A DNA stretch of 58,998 nucleotides from positions 1 to 58,998 of IMG/VR virus record IMGVR_UViG_3300012206_000008. The stretch is one strand, 5' to 3'. This document shows, one piece after another, positions 1 through 9,699 of this stretch. Position numbers and translations under genes: made by a program. Within the stretch, counting starts at the first letter, position 1. Every line of letters starts with the position of its first letter. A model generated the notes under the pieces. The model was not told where the DNA came from. It did no database searches and saw nothing but the letters and a program-made list of their open reading frames with translations. This DNA comes from a virus. Taxonomy: Duplodnaviria; Caudoviricetes.

Positions 1-522
1 GCACAAGTGACCGCACAGGCGGCCATTGATGGCACATCGGGCATTATTGAGGTGGTAGACACAGACAACACCCTCAAAGACTTATCCAGTGGACTGATGG
101 AAGCCTCGGCATTGCTCACACGCTACGGGGTGCAAGGGACGATTTTCGAGGGAGAGACTCTGACAAGTGGCTATGCACAGGGGCAACTCGTCACCTTCAC
201 TCTTCCATCCTATGGCTTGAACAGTGCGCAGATGCTCATAGAAGAGCTAACCGTTTCTGACCAAATAGACGGGTACAACCTGTACTATCATATCAAAGCG
301 GTGCTTGGGCCGTCTGATACGTCTTGGGTGCAATTCTTTGGCTCACTGTTCAGACCGAACCAGCCTGGCAACAGCATCAATGTGAGTAGCACATCAACTG
401 TGACATTGCTCGTGGCCTTGACGGCGACCATTACGCCGACTATCACACTCACACCCACAGCTATCATGTGTCCTTTACCGTCAAGCTCGTTATTTCCGTC
501 GAGTACGTTGTACCCATGTTGA
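1..522 (+). CDS. Tail/baseplate hub protein, C-terminal part (5' partial)
   Basis: Frame open from window edge; Thr/Ser-rich; first gene of a coupled run leading to the tailspike. Confidence 0.6.
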   Translation, partial: AQVTAQAAIDGTSGIIEVVDTDNTLKDLSSGLMEASALLTRYGVQGTIFEGETLTSGYAQGQLVTFTLPSYGLNSAQMLIEELTVSDQIDGYNLYYHIKAVLGPSDTSWVQFFGSLFRPNQPGNSINVSSTSTVTLLVALTATITPTITLTPTAIMCPLPSSSLFPSSTLYPC

Positions 523-533
523 GGAGGTAGTGC

Positions 534-920
534 ATGTCCATTGCGATGACGGTGACTAACAACGGTCATAATATGTTTCGCAGTAGCACGAGCGGGAACG
601 CAAACCCGAAGTTTTTCTATGTGGCTATTGGGTCAGGCACAACGGCCCCTACGGTGACAGATACGCAATTACAAGCAGAAACATTTAGGAAGGCCATTAC
701 TAGTTACGTCAATGGGGCTTCAGTGGGCGAGATACTCATTAGCTGTTATCTTGCACCATCAGATGCAATAGGGGCCAATATACAGGAAATAGGCGTGTTC
801 GCAGATTCATTTGCATCAAGTACGCCCAATAGCGGGACACTCTTTGCACGGGCTTTATGGTCGCACCCAACGAAGACCGCAACCGAATCCATCATTTTGC
901 AACTAGACGCTATCTTCTAA
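534..920 (+). CDS. Tail-collar/fibre-attachment protein
   Basis: Motif YVAIGSGTTAPTVTDTQLQAE...IQEIGVF...LFARA typical of tail-collar proteins; GAGGAGG RBS. Confidence 0.7.
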   Translation: MSIAMTVTNNGHNMFRSSTSGNANPKFFYVAIGSGTTAPTVTDTQLQAETFRKAITSYVNGASVGEILISCYLAPSDAIGANIQEIGVFADSFASSTPNSGTLFARALWSHPTKTATESIILQLDAIF

Positions 921-939
921 ACAAGAAAGTGAGGAGACT

Positions 940-1536
940 ATGCCAATAGGGGGACACATTTATAGTAAGTTTGGTCCATTCGTGGCAAATTCTGCACCGC
1001 CTATTGATCAAACATTCTTGAACGCGGTCGAAGCCTTCTTATATCTCGTCAATTCGGGAGCGGTTGACCAGAATATCGGTTCGGACGCTAGCGGAGTGAC
1101 GTTTGCAAAGGCCACCAGTGCCTACGATAGCACGGTGGTCACGGGAACCACGGCAGGCACAGCCACGGTTTGGCAGTTCTTGCGTATCGGCAGTCTCGGC
1201 GGCCTCAATTCGGCTTACCTCCATTTTGTGGGCTACAAGAATGCAACGGGCACTGAACAAAAAATCACCTTGCCGGTGGCCTTTGGCTCGTATGCCTTGT
1301 ACCTTGCCGGTGGGATACCGCAATGTCACATCTGGAATGGTGGTGCTCAGGTGAACTCTCATGTGGACACGGCAAATGGGTTCCCGACGCCGCCAGGAGC
1401 CGGTGGGAGTTCATCTGGCAATAGTGCTTTCAATGCGTTCTCATTTGGGCAGTTGACGGCAGCTTTTAACCAGATAGGTTTGGGTATCTCGCAGAGTAGT
1501 ACGTATACCGGTGGGGTATTTCTTATCGGGGTTTAG
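940..1536 (+). CDS. Putative tail fibre/virion protein
   Basis: Gly/Thr-rich; GAGGAG RBS; tail module context. Confidence 0.55.
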   Translation: MPIGGHIYSKFGPFVANSAPPIDQTFLNAVEAFLYLVNSGAVDQNIGSDASGVTFAKATSAYDSTVVTGTTAGTATVWQFLRIGSLGGLNSAYLHFVGYKNATGTEQKITLPVAFGSYALYLAGGIPQCHIWNGGAQVNSHVDTANGFPTPPGAGGSSSGNSAFNAFSFGQLTAAFNQIGLGISQSSTYTGGVFLIGV

Positions 1537-1568
1537 TAGTACGCGAGATAGGAAGAAAGGTATCAATC

Positions 1569-1928
1569 ATGCCAGATAATTTTTTCGGCAAGATTTCCGT
1601 TGATGAAGCGGCTACACAAACGCCGGTCAACATCACCGTAGCCGCAGGCACAAGTGGTGGAACAACTCCAACGACAACGGGAACCTGTACCGCTAATGCA
1701 GATAACCTGGTGACTTTTGCGAGTGCGGTCAGGATTATCCAACTGCATAATCAATCGAACGTGAATGTCCCCTACGAACATGATATTGTGGCCTCGGCCA
1801 CATCTCCCTATCTTGCACCGGGCCAGTTAGCGTATATCGATGTGCATACGACTTCTCTGCATGTGTATCCAAGTCAAGCGTTGCCTATCAATGCGGCCAG
1901 TGGGCTTATTGTGAGGGGGTGGAACTAA
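1569..1928 (+). CDS. Small virion-associated protein
   Basis: AGAAAGG RBS; TAATG coupling to tailspike gene. Confidence 0.55.
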   Translation: MPDNFFGKISVDEAATQTPVNITVAAGTSGGTTPTTTGTCTANADNLVTFASAVRIIQLHNQSNVNVPYEHDIVASATSPYLAPGQLAYIDVHTTSLHVYPSQALPINAASGLIVRGWN

Positions 1929-3904
1929 TGTCTTTCATTTATACCCCACCACGCTCCGGCGCGGCTCTCTTGGTAGCAGCTTCTACTGCTTTGGTATCCT
2001 CCAAACTCAGGGCGGATTATGTCTGTACAGGGTCAAATGACGACGTGACCATCAATCTTGCACTTGCTGCTGTGTCGGCCACTGGTGGGACTGTTCGATT
2101 ATCAGAGGGGGCATACTCGACATCTGCCTCTCTGGTCATTTATAGCAATACCAGGCTCATTGTTGACCCAGGCGCAACCGTGACAAGTAGCAATACCAAT
2201 CTACTCAAGAATGCATCTACCATTCCAAGTCGAACCGTGACGGATGCGGTGACAACAGCCGCCTCTGCTACTGTTACCTCTGCTACTGCTAATTTTACAT
2301 CGGGTGATGTGGGGAAATATGTGGGTGTTGTGGGCGCGGGGCCCAATTATGGGTTGTCTACTGCACCAAGCTCCCTGTATGGGACTATCACCACGGTCAA
2401 CAGTTCCACAAGTATTACCGTCTCAGTGGTGGCTACTCTGACGACTTCGGGTTCCACATTAAATGTCTATCCTGCACGAGATACAAACATTGTGGTAGAA
2501 GGCGGAACGTGGAACAGGGGGAACGTGGATGCAATCTATCAGACGTTAAATTCGCACGGCTTTCTGTTCCGTCGGGTGGACACGTTACTCGTTTCTTCCC
2601 TGAAACACACGAGTACCGGAACGAACGGCTTAGGTGGAAGATATGCGGTCGCCATTGGAGACTGTACAAAAGTCGTCGCGGAAAAGTTAGACTTCTCTAC
2701 ATCGGGCGATGGTGTGCATTGCACTGGCCCCGGTCAGTACATCACTGTAAGGGACATAAAAGGTACAACGGGTGATGACCACGTAGCCTTTACTGGTATT
2801 GATGGACAGTCTCAGGTAGGTTCTTCTCTGGGGGACGTGAATGGCGGGTTTACCGATGTTCTGGTGGAGGATATCCAATCGAACGGCTCGTGGACTTCTC
2901 TGAAGATTACAGGGGGGATGACATCAGGCAACGTGGCCAACTCCATTTCACGCTTTAAGGCAAAAGACCTTTTCGGAAGTGTGGTGAATGGTTCAGTCAA
3001 TATCCTCGATTACGGGGGTGCGACGACATTTACCGGTGAAATAGAGAATGTCAATGTGGTCACAGGGACAAACTTTCCTCTCTGCAAGCTAGGGGCAACC
3101 AATGCTTCAGAAGTGGTGTTGAGGGGGTTCAAATGGCCGAATGTTGCTACCCCCACGAGCGGTGTCATTCAAATCACCCAGAACGTCACAAGTCTTCTCA
3201 TCAAGGATATGGAATTTCTGTACTCAGGTGCAACGGGCGGGCCGATTATTCTGTGCAGTACCACCTTTCTGCGACAGTTGGCTCTTGATGGCTTCTCTGC
3301 TCCTCTCCAACCTACGGGCACTCTTGACCTTGTGAAAGTCACCACGGCCAGTTGTATACTCAGCATCTTGCGTATCACTAATGTCTTTAAGAGTGGAAGT
3401 GCGGGTGGGGGCAACCTGATTAATTGCACGGCGGGAAGTTATAACATTAAGGCAGAAATAAGTGATGTGGTGAACTGGATTGGGGCACTCTTTACGACGA
3501 ATAGCGACAGCACCAATGTGTTGTACGTGACGGCATCGAACATCATCAGCATCGGGACGCTCTTTACGCTCCAGTGCCCGGCCACCCTTTTTTTGAATAA
3601 TGTCAGTCATACGCAGTCAAGCGGGAATGCGGTCAACGCGGCCTCTGCTGCTGCCACACCTGTGCGCGTGTACGGGAATAATGTCTCTCTCAGTAGTGGC
3701 ACGCTCTTTACGAGAAGTGCCTCGCAGGCACTTTCAGTGATGGGATTGACTCTCTCGACTGACCTGTCCATCCTCACACCAACTGACCAGGACATTGTGA
3801 ATAACTCCAACGGTGCCTTATCGTGTGGTGCTGGCCTGTGTATCTTCCACACTGGAGGAACTGGGAATGGCTGGAAGAATATCTATAGTGGGTTACTCTA
3901 TTAA
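1928..3904 (+). CDS. Tailspike/depolymerase, pectate-lyase-like beta-helix
   Basis: ADYVCTGSNDDVTINLAL...GGTVRLSEGAY N-terminus; DGVH...GDDHVAF beta-helix motifs; start at TAATG overlap. Confidence 0.75.
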   Translation: MSFIYTPPRSGAALLVAASTALVSSKLRADYVCTGSNDDVTINLALAAVSATGGTVRLSEGAYSTSASLVIYSNTRLIVDPGATVTSSNTNLLKNASTIPSRTVTDAVTTAASATVTSATANFTSGDVGKYVGVVGAGPNYGLSTAPSSLYGTITTVNSSTSITVSVVATLTTSGSTLNVYPARDTNIVVEGGTWNRGNVDAIYQTLNSHGFLFRRVDTLLVSSLKHTSTGTNGLGGRYAVAIGDCTKVVAEKLDFSTSGDGVHCTGPGQYITVRDIKGTTGDDHVAFTGIDGQSQVGSSLGDVNGGFTDVLVEDIQSNGSWTSLKITGGMTSGNVANSISRFKAKDLFGSVVNGSVNILDYGGATTFTGEIENVNVVTGTNFPLCKLGATNASEVVLRGFKWPNVATPTSGVIQITQNVTSLLIKDMEFLYSGATGGPIILCSTTFLRQLALDGFSAPLQPTGTLDLVKVTTASCILSILRITNVFKSGSAGGGNLINCTAGSYNIKAEISDVVNWIGALFTTNSDSTNVLYVTASNIISIGTLFTLQCPATLFLNNVSHTQSSGNAVNAASAAATPVRVYGNNVSLSSGTLFTRSASQALSVMGLTLSTDLSILTPTDQDIVNNSNGALSCGAGLCIFHTGGTGNGWKNIYSGLLY

Positions 3905-3931
3905 ATGGTGAGAAAGACAAGGAAATGACCT

Positions 3932-4294
3932 GTGGAGCAACCGTTAAACGAGCTTTTGCTGGCCAATATGCAACCAGTGATTCGACAGCTCGATAGACTA
4001 GAAGAGCGTACCCGTGATATCGTCACACGATCTGATTTGGAAGGATTGCGTAAAGAACTGATCTCACGGGACGCTCTTGAGCCTCATCTGAACGCACTCA
4101 AGGATCGTATTGTGAGGACGGACACCGATAGAGCCAATGATAAGGTGATCCTCGATAAACGGATAGACAAATTAGAAGCAGAGCAAGTCTCGAAACAAGA
4201 TAGAGTATGGATCCGTTTTGGTCAGATTCTTGCCTTCGCGGCGTTTCTCATTGCCATGTTTGATTTTTTGAGTCATATCAGGTTTGCTCCATAA
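3932..4294 (+). CDS. Coiled-coil protein with C-terminal TM helix (lysis-associated?)
   Basis: Charged heptads then hydrophobic ILAFAAFLIAMF. Confidence 0.55.
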   Translation: MEQPLNELLLANMQPVIRQLDRLEERTRDIVTRSDLEGLRKELISRDALEPHLNALKDRIVRTDTDRANDKVILDKRIDKLEAEQVSKQDRVWIRFGQILAFAAFLIAMFDFLSHIRFAP

Positions 4295-4617
4295 TGAAAG
4301 GAACGGTTATGCATATGACCCAGCTCTTAGCGAGTATCATTTTCTTCATAGTGTTCATTCAACTCTTTATTGTGCTGAGTATCTATCTGTGGGTGACAAT
4401 GAGGGACTTTCTGAAAGACAAAAAGAAACCATCTCCCAATCCATCTGAACAAGCTCGCGTGATTATGACACTCAACAGTGAGATGGATATCCTCAGAAGT
4501 CGAATTGATCGACAAGAAAAGATTATTGTGACTCTTCAAGAGGAAATGAAATCACGCGGGTTTGTCGTGACGATCAAAGACGAGCAGGTGATAGTGCAAG
4601 AAGCCGACCCAGCATAG
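4294..4617 (+). CDS. N-terminal TM plus coiled-coil protein
   Basis: Long hydrophobic N-terminal segment; coupled to previous gene. Confidence 0.55.
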   Translation: MKGTVMHMTQLLASIIFFIVFIQLFIVLSIYLWVTMRDFLKDKKKPSPNPSEQARVIMTLNSEMDILRSRIDRQEKIIVTLQEEMKSRGFVVTIKDEQVIVQEADPA

Positions 4618-4755
4618 CAAGCAAGCTCCATTTGCAATTGTTCATCTAATCAGGTACAATACTTGTAGATGTCCCGTTGGGGATAAACATATCATAGAAA
4701 TACACCTCCTATGAGGTTGTGTGGATAGTGGAAGATAGTGTGAGGAGGATACCTC

Positions 4756-5607
4756 TTGAGTGATCATCTCGTTTTACTTCCAAGTCATTTTTCGCCTGTT
4801 CAAGCCGTTGAGCCTGGCCATTCCAAGAGCCGTCATATTGCCGCGTCTCTGGCTAATATTCAACAGATTCTCTTACCGAACTCATGCGCCCATTTTCAAG
4901 CCCTTGTGAGTGATATCTATGCCCATTATACTGGCCAGCCTGATATCCCTGCAAATACTCTAGGGATGACACGCGATCAGGCACTAGACTACCTATCTGC
5001 TCTGAAACTCGCTGTTATCGACATGACGCCTCAATTGAATGATATTCACAGTTTTAAGCAAGAGCTCCAATGTGTCACGATTTCAGGCTTACCTGTCTTT
5101 TTGATGCTTGCAGATGAGGCTCAGTTGAAGCTAGGACAACCTGATGGTAGCGAGGGTGCTCCACTACACAATTGGCTTACAACATCCCCAGGGGCCGCTA
5201 CAAGCTTAATACGGGTAGGGTACAGCGATAGCGTAGCCAATGCGTACTACTACGATAGTCTCCTCTCACCAGCCTTTGACCAGCCCGTGGCAATTCCCTG
5301 GCAGAGTGTACAGGATAGTACTATTCTCTGCTGTCTTGCCGTGTTACCAGCATCGATAACAGTAGCACCACCTACTGACTTCCGCTACTTTGCCGGTGTT
5401 GATGCCAACGGTGCAATGCTCCCACCGAATGTCTGGCCAGTACCAGCACCACCAGCACCAACGCTTGATGTGGCAAGTGCTACGGTGAGTGCGCAGGCAT
5501 TCTTAGCAGCGTCTCAGCAGTTAGCGAGTGTGGCCGCAGGAATGAAGGTGAGTGCTGAGAGTTTGTTGAAAGTGTTGGGCAGTTCGGACAGCTCCGTGAA
5601 GGGTTAA
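4756..5607 (+). CDS. Degenerate C39-like peptidase-fold protein
   Basis: TTG start after GAGGAGG; aligns by eye with the peptidase domain of 6374-7987 but lacks its Cys/His. Confidence 0.45.
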   Translation: MSDHLVLLPSHFSPVQAVEPGHSKSRHIAASLANIQQILLPNSCAHFQALVSDIYAHYTGQPDIPANTLGMTRDQALDYLSALKLAVIDMTPQLNDIHSFKQELQCVTISGLPVFLMLADEAQLKLGQPDGSEGAPLHNWLTTSPGAATSLIRVGYSDSVANAYYYDSLLSPAFDQPVAIPWQSVQDSTILCCLAVLPASITVAPPTDFRYFAGVDANGAMLPPNVWPVPAPPAPTLDVASATVSAQAFLAASQQLASVAAGMKVSAESLLKVLGSSDSSVKG

Positions 5608-5610
5608 GAC

Positions 5611-6090
5611 ATGCCAAGCGACTTTGTAAAAGACTTAGTTGACCACAAGCAACGTGTTGCCAGTCATTTGCAATCTATCGCCAATGACTTGTTCAGGCGT
5701 GCTTTTATCCATGACAATTCTAAGTTTAGTCCTGAAGAGTTTGAGGCGTATGAAGAGGCATTCCCTGAATTACAGCACTATGCCTATGGTACTGAAGAGT
5801 TCAAAGCAGCATTACGCAAAATTAAACCGGCTATTCAGCATCACTATGCTCACAACGATCACCATCCTGAATACAGTGAAGCAGGTATCAATGGCATGAA
5901 CTTAGTCCAGATTATCGAAATGCTCTCTGATTGGATGGCCGCATCAGAGAGAAGTCAGACCAACTTTTTGCAAGGTCTTGAGATGAATAAAGAGCGGTTT
6001 CACATTGATGACCAGCTTTTTGAGGTTATCAAAAACACGGTCAAATGGTACGACCCTAACAAACTGGTTGTAGTTGACCCTGTTATCTGA
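5611..6090 (+). CDS. DUF5662-family HD-like protein
   Basis: HDNSKFSPEE, HHYAHNDHHPEY and IEMLSDWMAA motifs. Confidence 0.75.
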   Translation: MPSDFVKDLVDHKQRVASHLQSIANDLFRRAFIHDNSKFSPEEFEAYEEAFPELQHYAYGTEEFKAALRKIKPAIQHHYAHNDHHPEYSEAGINGMNLVQIIEMLSDWMAASERSQTNFLQGLEMNKERFHIDDQLFEVIKNTVKWYDPNKLVVVDPVI

Positions 6091-6114
6091 GATGGGGAAG
6101 AAAGGAAACAATCT

Positions 6115-6339
6115 ATGATTTGCCCACATTGCGGGAAAAGTTCAGAGGAACAGCAGGTCGCCAATAATCCTACTGTACTGAATGGCTGTAATCCTCTACC
6201 CGTCACTACCTCCATCAATCTGGATGTAAATGCGGCGGCTGTAGCTAACTACCCATTCATCACTACGGTCAATCATCTGGCAGTAGTCAACAATGTTGCG
6301 GGATGTAATCCGGTTTCAGGGACATTCATCCTGTTTTAG
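6115..6339 (+). CDS. Hypothetical protein with CxxC and internal GCNP repeat
   Basis: AAGGA RBS; MICPHCG; GCNP twice. Confidence 0.45.
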   Translation: MICPHCGKSSEEQQVANNPTVLNGCNPLPVTTSINLDVNAAAVANYPFITTVNHLAVVNNVAGCNPVSGTFILF

Positions 6340-6373
6340 CAACGTAGGGACGCGACCGAGAGGAGGTCAGAGA

Positions 6374-7987
6374 GTGAAATACTGCTTTATCGGGCTTGAG
6401 TCACGTCCCTGGTCACTTACTGACTTCACTATGGCTGCTCATACCATCCTACAAAATGGCTATGATACGGTTGTTTGGAAAGCCGGAGAGGGACAATCGA
6501 ACCTCTGGTACAGTGATACTGACTTCCATGCACGTCACACCCTCTTTCAACAAGCTGGATTGCACTCTATCCCCTACGTGTTTTTGTACGGCAATAGCCA
6601 GGGCTCTGATGTAGCCAGTGAGGCCAAGTTGTGCAATCACATCCTATCGTTGTCGGGGGAAATCTGCCTGGACATGGAAGCCGGTTTCGATGGGAAGCCT
6701 CAAGATGCCCATACGCTTGTGCAACTTCTCGACAAGGGGAAGATTATTCACATGAGCACCTGGGCAAACATCATTGACCATGCCTGGGTCGAGGTCCTGG
6801 CGGCACTCACACCCATTGCAACATCAGTCTGGCCGCAAGTGTACACCTCATATCTAGCAAGTGTGTGGCAAGCTCAGTATGCAAGTATCACACTCCCCAT
6901 TTATCCAACGTATGTACAGGCGACCATACCAAGCACTTTACCAGAGAGTTTCGGCTATTGGGAACTGGCGACTATTCAAGCACCAAAGGAAACAACTGTG
7001 AAACTCAATGGAAATGGCTGTGTCTGCGATACGACACGATGGTATCAGTTAGAGGATGGAGAGAGTCAAGACCTGTGTGGCCCTGGCTGCGTGATAGTGA
7101 CGGCTCTTTCCAATGAACCAAATAAGGGCAGGCTTGTGTACAATGGGGTACAAGTTGATGCTGAGTTTGTTGATAAGGCAACCGATGATATGGTGGACGC
7201 TTACGGCAAGGCACATGGCAATGCGTACAACCATATCAATTGGCCTGGCTCAAATGACAGTGACATGATTTGGTTTCTCAATTATGCTAGGGATAAATAC
7301 CAACGCACGCACTATCAGACTATCGGGAGTCCAACGCTTGACAAGATACGCAGAGCGGTACGAGCGGGCTATCCGGTGCTCTACAGTTGCAATGAGATTG
7401 ATATCCAGGAGAAACGTACAGGGGCACGTCCTCCCTATCCTTGGCACCTCTCAGCAGGTCACATCATAGCCGTAACTGGCATTGATAAGGATGGAGATTT
7501 CATCTGTTCTGACATTCTCAATAATGCTTTTCAGAACTATTGGCCTGTAACCTATATGGCTAGTAGCATTGCCCCTTCTCTCTCATGGGCGTGCATCATT
7601 AAGCTGCCCTTTTTAGCCGCTATCCCAAATGGAGACCCTACTACGTGGGTAGCTGGCTTCAATGCGCAGAACTTTGGAGGAGGACAACCGATGAATTGGG
7701 CAAGTCAAGGCCAACAGCAACAAGCACAAGATACATGGCTTATCACTGCCAAGTTTTTGCAATTGGCCTTTAATGAGACGGCATCCTATACAACGGGTAT
7801 TGCTCGTGCTTGGCAAGAGAGGTACATGAAGGGTAAGAACTACGGGCCACCTGTCTGCCCTGAACAGAATAGTGTCAATTGGGATACACCCCCTAAGCCT
7901 ATCAAGGTGCAATTGTTTGCCAGCGGAGTACGTGCTGAGTGGGATGGGAGTTGTCACTTTTTCGATAAGGACGGGCCTTTGACATGA
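6374..7987 (+). CDS. Putative endolysin: glycoside-hydrolase-like domain plus C39-like cysteine peptidase
   Basis: GTG at 6374 after AGGAGG; KAGEG/IPYVFLYG/CLDME resemble GH25-like motifs; DLCGP...GYPV...GHIIAVTG...SD fits papain-like triad. Confidence 0.65.
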   Translation: MKYCFIGLESRPWSLTDFTMAAHTILQNGYDTVVWKAGEGQSNLWYSDTDFHARHTLFQQAGLHSIPYVFLYGNSQGSDVASEAKLCNHILSLSGEICLDMEAGFDGKPQDAHTLVQLLDKGKIIHMSTWANIIDHAWVEVLAALTPIATSVWPQVYTSYLASVWQAQYASITLPIYPTYVQATIPSTLPESFGYWELATIQAPKETTVKLNGNGCVCDTTRWYQLEDGESQDLCGPGCVIVTALSNEPNKGRLVYNGVQVDAEFVDKATDDMVDAYGKAHGNAYNHINWPGSNDSDMIWFLNYARDKYQRTHYQTIGSPTLDKIRRAVRAGYPVLYSCNEIDIQEKRTGARPPYPWHLSAGHIIAVTGIDKDGDFICSDILNNAFQNYWPVTYMASSIAPSLSWACIIKLPFLAAIPNGDPTTWVAGFNAQNFGGGQPMNWASQGQQQQAQDTWLITAKFLQLAFNETASYTTGIARAWQERYMKGKNYGPPVCPEQNSVNWDTPPKPIKVQLFASGVRAEWDGSCHFFDKDGPLT

Positions 7988-8376
7988 GCACATCAACACA
8001 TCCATTCTTACTGCCTTTGACAAAGAGTGAGCCATGCTCAGAGCCAGAATGCCCAACTCTGTCAAGATATGCCATGAGCATTGACAATCACCCTTTCGAG
8101 GTGAAGTGTAAGCGTCACTTACCTGATGGCATTATCCAAGAATACTGGACACGGCGTATGTTGCTCGCAGCACAAGATGGTGATGAGAAGAAAGCGCGTG
8201 CGTTGCTTCGTCAGGTGACGCAACAAGCACGACTCAACGGCTATGAGCGATGTGCCTGTGTTGCGGATGTCAAAGAACAGGGAGCACACAACTCCTACTC
8301 GAACAAAGATATGGCACGCGGTGCTGAGGATATGGCTAAGCAGATAGCACGAACTATCAGATTGTCTATGGAGTAA
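7984..8376 (+). CDS. Hypothetical protein
   Basis: 4-nt overlap with previous gene. Confidence 0.5.
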   Translation: MSTSTHPFLLPLTKSEPCSEPECPTLSRYAMSIDNHPFEVKCKRHLPDGIIQEYWTRRMLLAAQDGDEKKARALLRQVTQQARLNGYERCACVADVKEQGAHNSYSNKDMARGAEDMAKQIARTIRLSME

Positions 8377-8382
8377 AAACCA

Positions 8383-8607
8383 ATGGAAGATACAACAACA
8401 CAGCAAGCAATCAAAAATCAACGGGTGGATATTGACCGATGCATCAAATACGGCAGGTTGTTGCTTGAGTCGGCTAATCGAGGTACAGGTGCAAGAGAAC
8501 TTGCACTCAGTTTCACTCATCTCCAAGAGGCCAAGATGTGGCTAGGGATGGCACTTGGGGAGCTTGGGCACAAATTGCCTGAAGAATATCGAGACGAAGC
8601 TAAATAA
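8383..8607 (+). CDS. Acb2/Tad1-like helical-hairpin protein (candidate signal sponge)
   Basis: RELALSFTHLQEAKMWL resembles the Tad1-type RExALAxTxLxEAxMW helix. Confidence 0.55.
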   Translation: MEDTTTQQAIKNQRVDIDRCIKYGRLLLESANRGTGARELALSFTHLQEAKMWLGMALGELGHKLPEEYRDEAK

Positions 8608-8652
8608 TACAATCAAGAGTTACGCAGGGAAGCGGTCATGTGGAGGTGTGGA

Positions 8653-9405
8653 ATGGTCAAACGTTTACTAGTGTCTCTTTTTGTTTGTATTGTCCTATCA
8701 CTGTTCGGGGTAAGAAGTGTCGATGCTCAACCGGCTACTACCAACTGTAGTGCAACTTGTCAGAGTTACTCCTACTGGGATGGGCAAACATACGGCGGTG
8801 CGGTCAGTTTCGTCGTCTCGCAACCTGGCTTCTACAACAGCACTGCTTACTTTGCTCGCTACTTGCGCTTAGGCAGTGGCTCACCTCGCCTATTCATTGG
8901 TGAGGTGGTCAACAAGGGGACAGGCGGCCCATATTGCGCAGGATGGTCACAAGCGTTCTTCATGTATAGCTGGAATACCAGCGGTGGACTCGATTTTCAT
9001 CAGTGCTTCACCCTGAACTCTGGCGATACGAACCAACGAGTCGACATTCAGGCTTATTACGACAACAATACCTGTGGCACGGGTGGGCAATACGTCACCA
9101 TCAATAGCGTGACTAATCACTTCGCGAAGTGCGTAGGTAGCACCTCCAACTACAACCGCATGGAACTCCATGAGGAGATACAGGACAATGTGAGTGGACA
9201 TCAAGTGTGGGGGGTGTACTGGGTCAATAGCAAGTACTTTGCGAGCAATGGGACGTATAGCTACCAAAGTCGAGGGGTAGATACGAACTATGCCAATAAT
9301 CCGCCACAGATGTATTGGTACATTGTGCCAAACAGTAACAACTTAGGCGGAGAGATGCATTCTTGCGATTACGACGGAAGCTACACCTGTACGATAGGCG
9401 GCTAG
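8653..9405 (+). CDS. Secreted Cys-rich protein, paralog A
   Basis: GGAGG RBS; signal peptide; clear paralog at 16697-17476. Confidence 0.7.
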   Translation: MVKRLLVSLFVCIVLSLFGVRSVDAQPATTNCSATCQSYSYWDGQTYGGAVSFVVSQPGFYNSTAYFARYLRLGSGSPRLFIGEVVNKGTGGPYCAGWSQAFFMYSWNTSGGLDFHQCFTLNSGDTNQRVDIQAYYDNNTCGTGGQYVTINSVTNHFAKCVGSTSNYNRMELHEEIQDNVSGHQVWGVYWVNSKYFASNGTYSYQSRGVDTNYANNPPQMYWYIVPNSNNLGGEMHSCDYDGSYTCTIGG

Positions 9406-9417
9406 ACGAGTGAGAGG

Positions 9418-9681
9418 GTGGGAACGATGCGAGCAGTGAAGAAAGATGAGTTTACCGGACAACTCCGTCCAGTTGAGTTTCTACGCATTATTCCCACTGA
9501 CTCCGGCTACCTTCTCGCCCCTACTCGCGTTTCTCAGACCGGAGACCTCATCCATCGTGAGCAAACACCCCGTGCTTTGCCGTCATTGCCGGACTTTTCT
9601 TTTGCAGATTTCTCAACTCACGAATATTGCACATGCTGGCTGACTCAAAACGAGCCTTGCACCCACGCCAACAAACCATAA
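9418..9681 (+). CDS. Hypothetical protein
   Basis: Fills operon gap; GAGAGGG upstream. Confidence 0.4.
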   Translation: MGTMRAVKKDEFTGQLRPVEFLRIIPTDSGYLLAPTRVSQTGDLIHREQTPRALPSLPDFSFADFSTHEYCTCWLTQNEPCTHANKP

Positions 9682-9699
9682 CAGAAAGGAATGCTATTC

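Noticed and set aside
8653-9405. Neprosin/glutamic peptidase assignment
   Set aside because: Only loose resemblance; the IEAGW-type catalytic Glu is not evident
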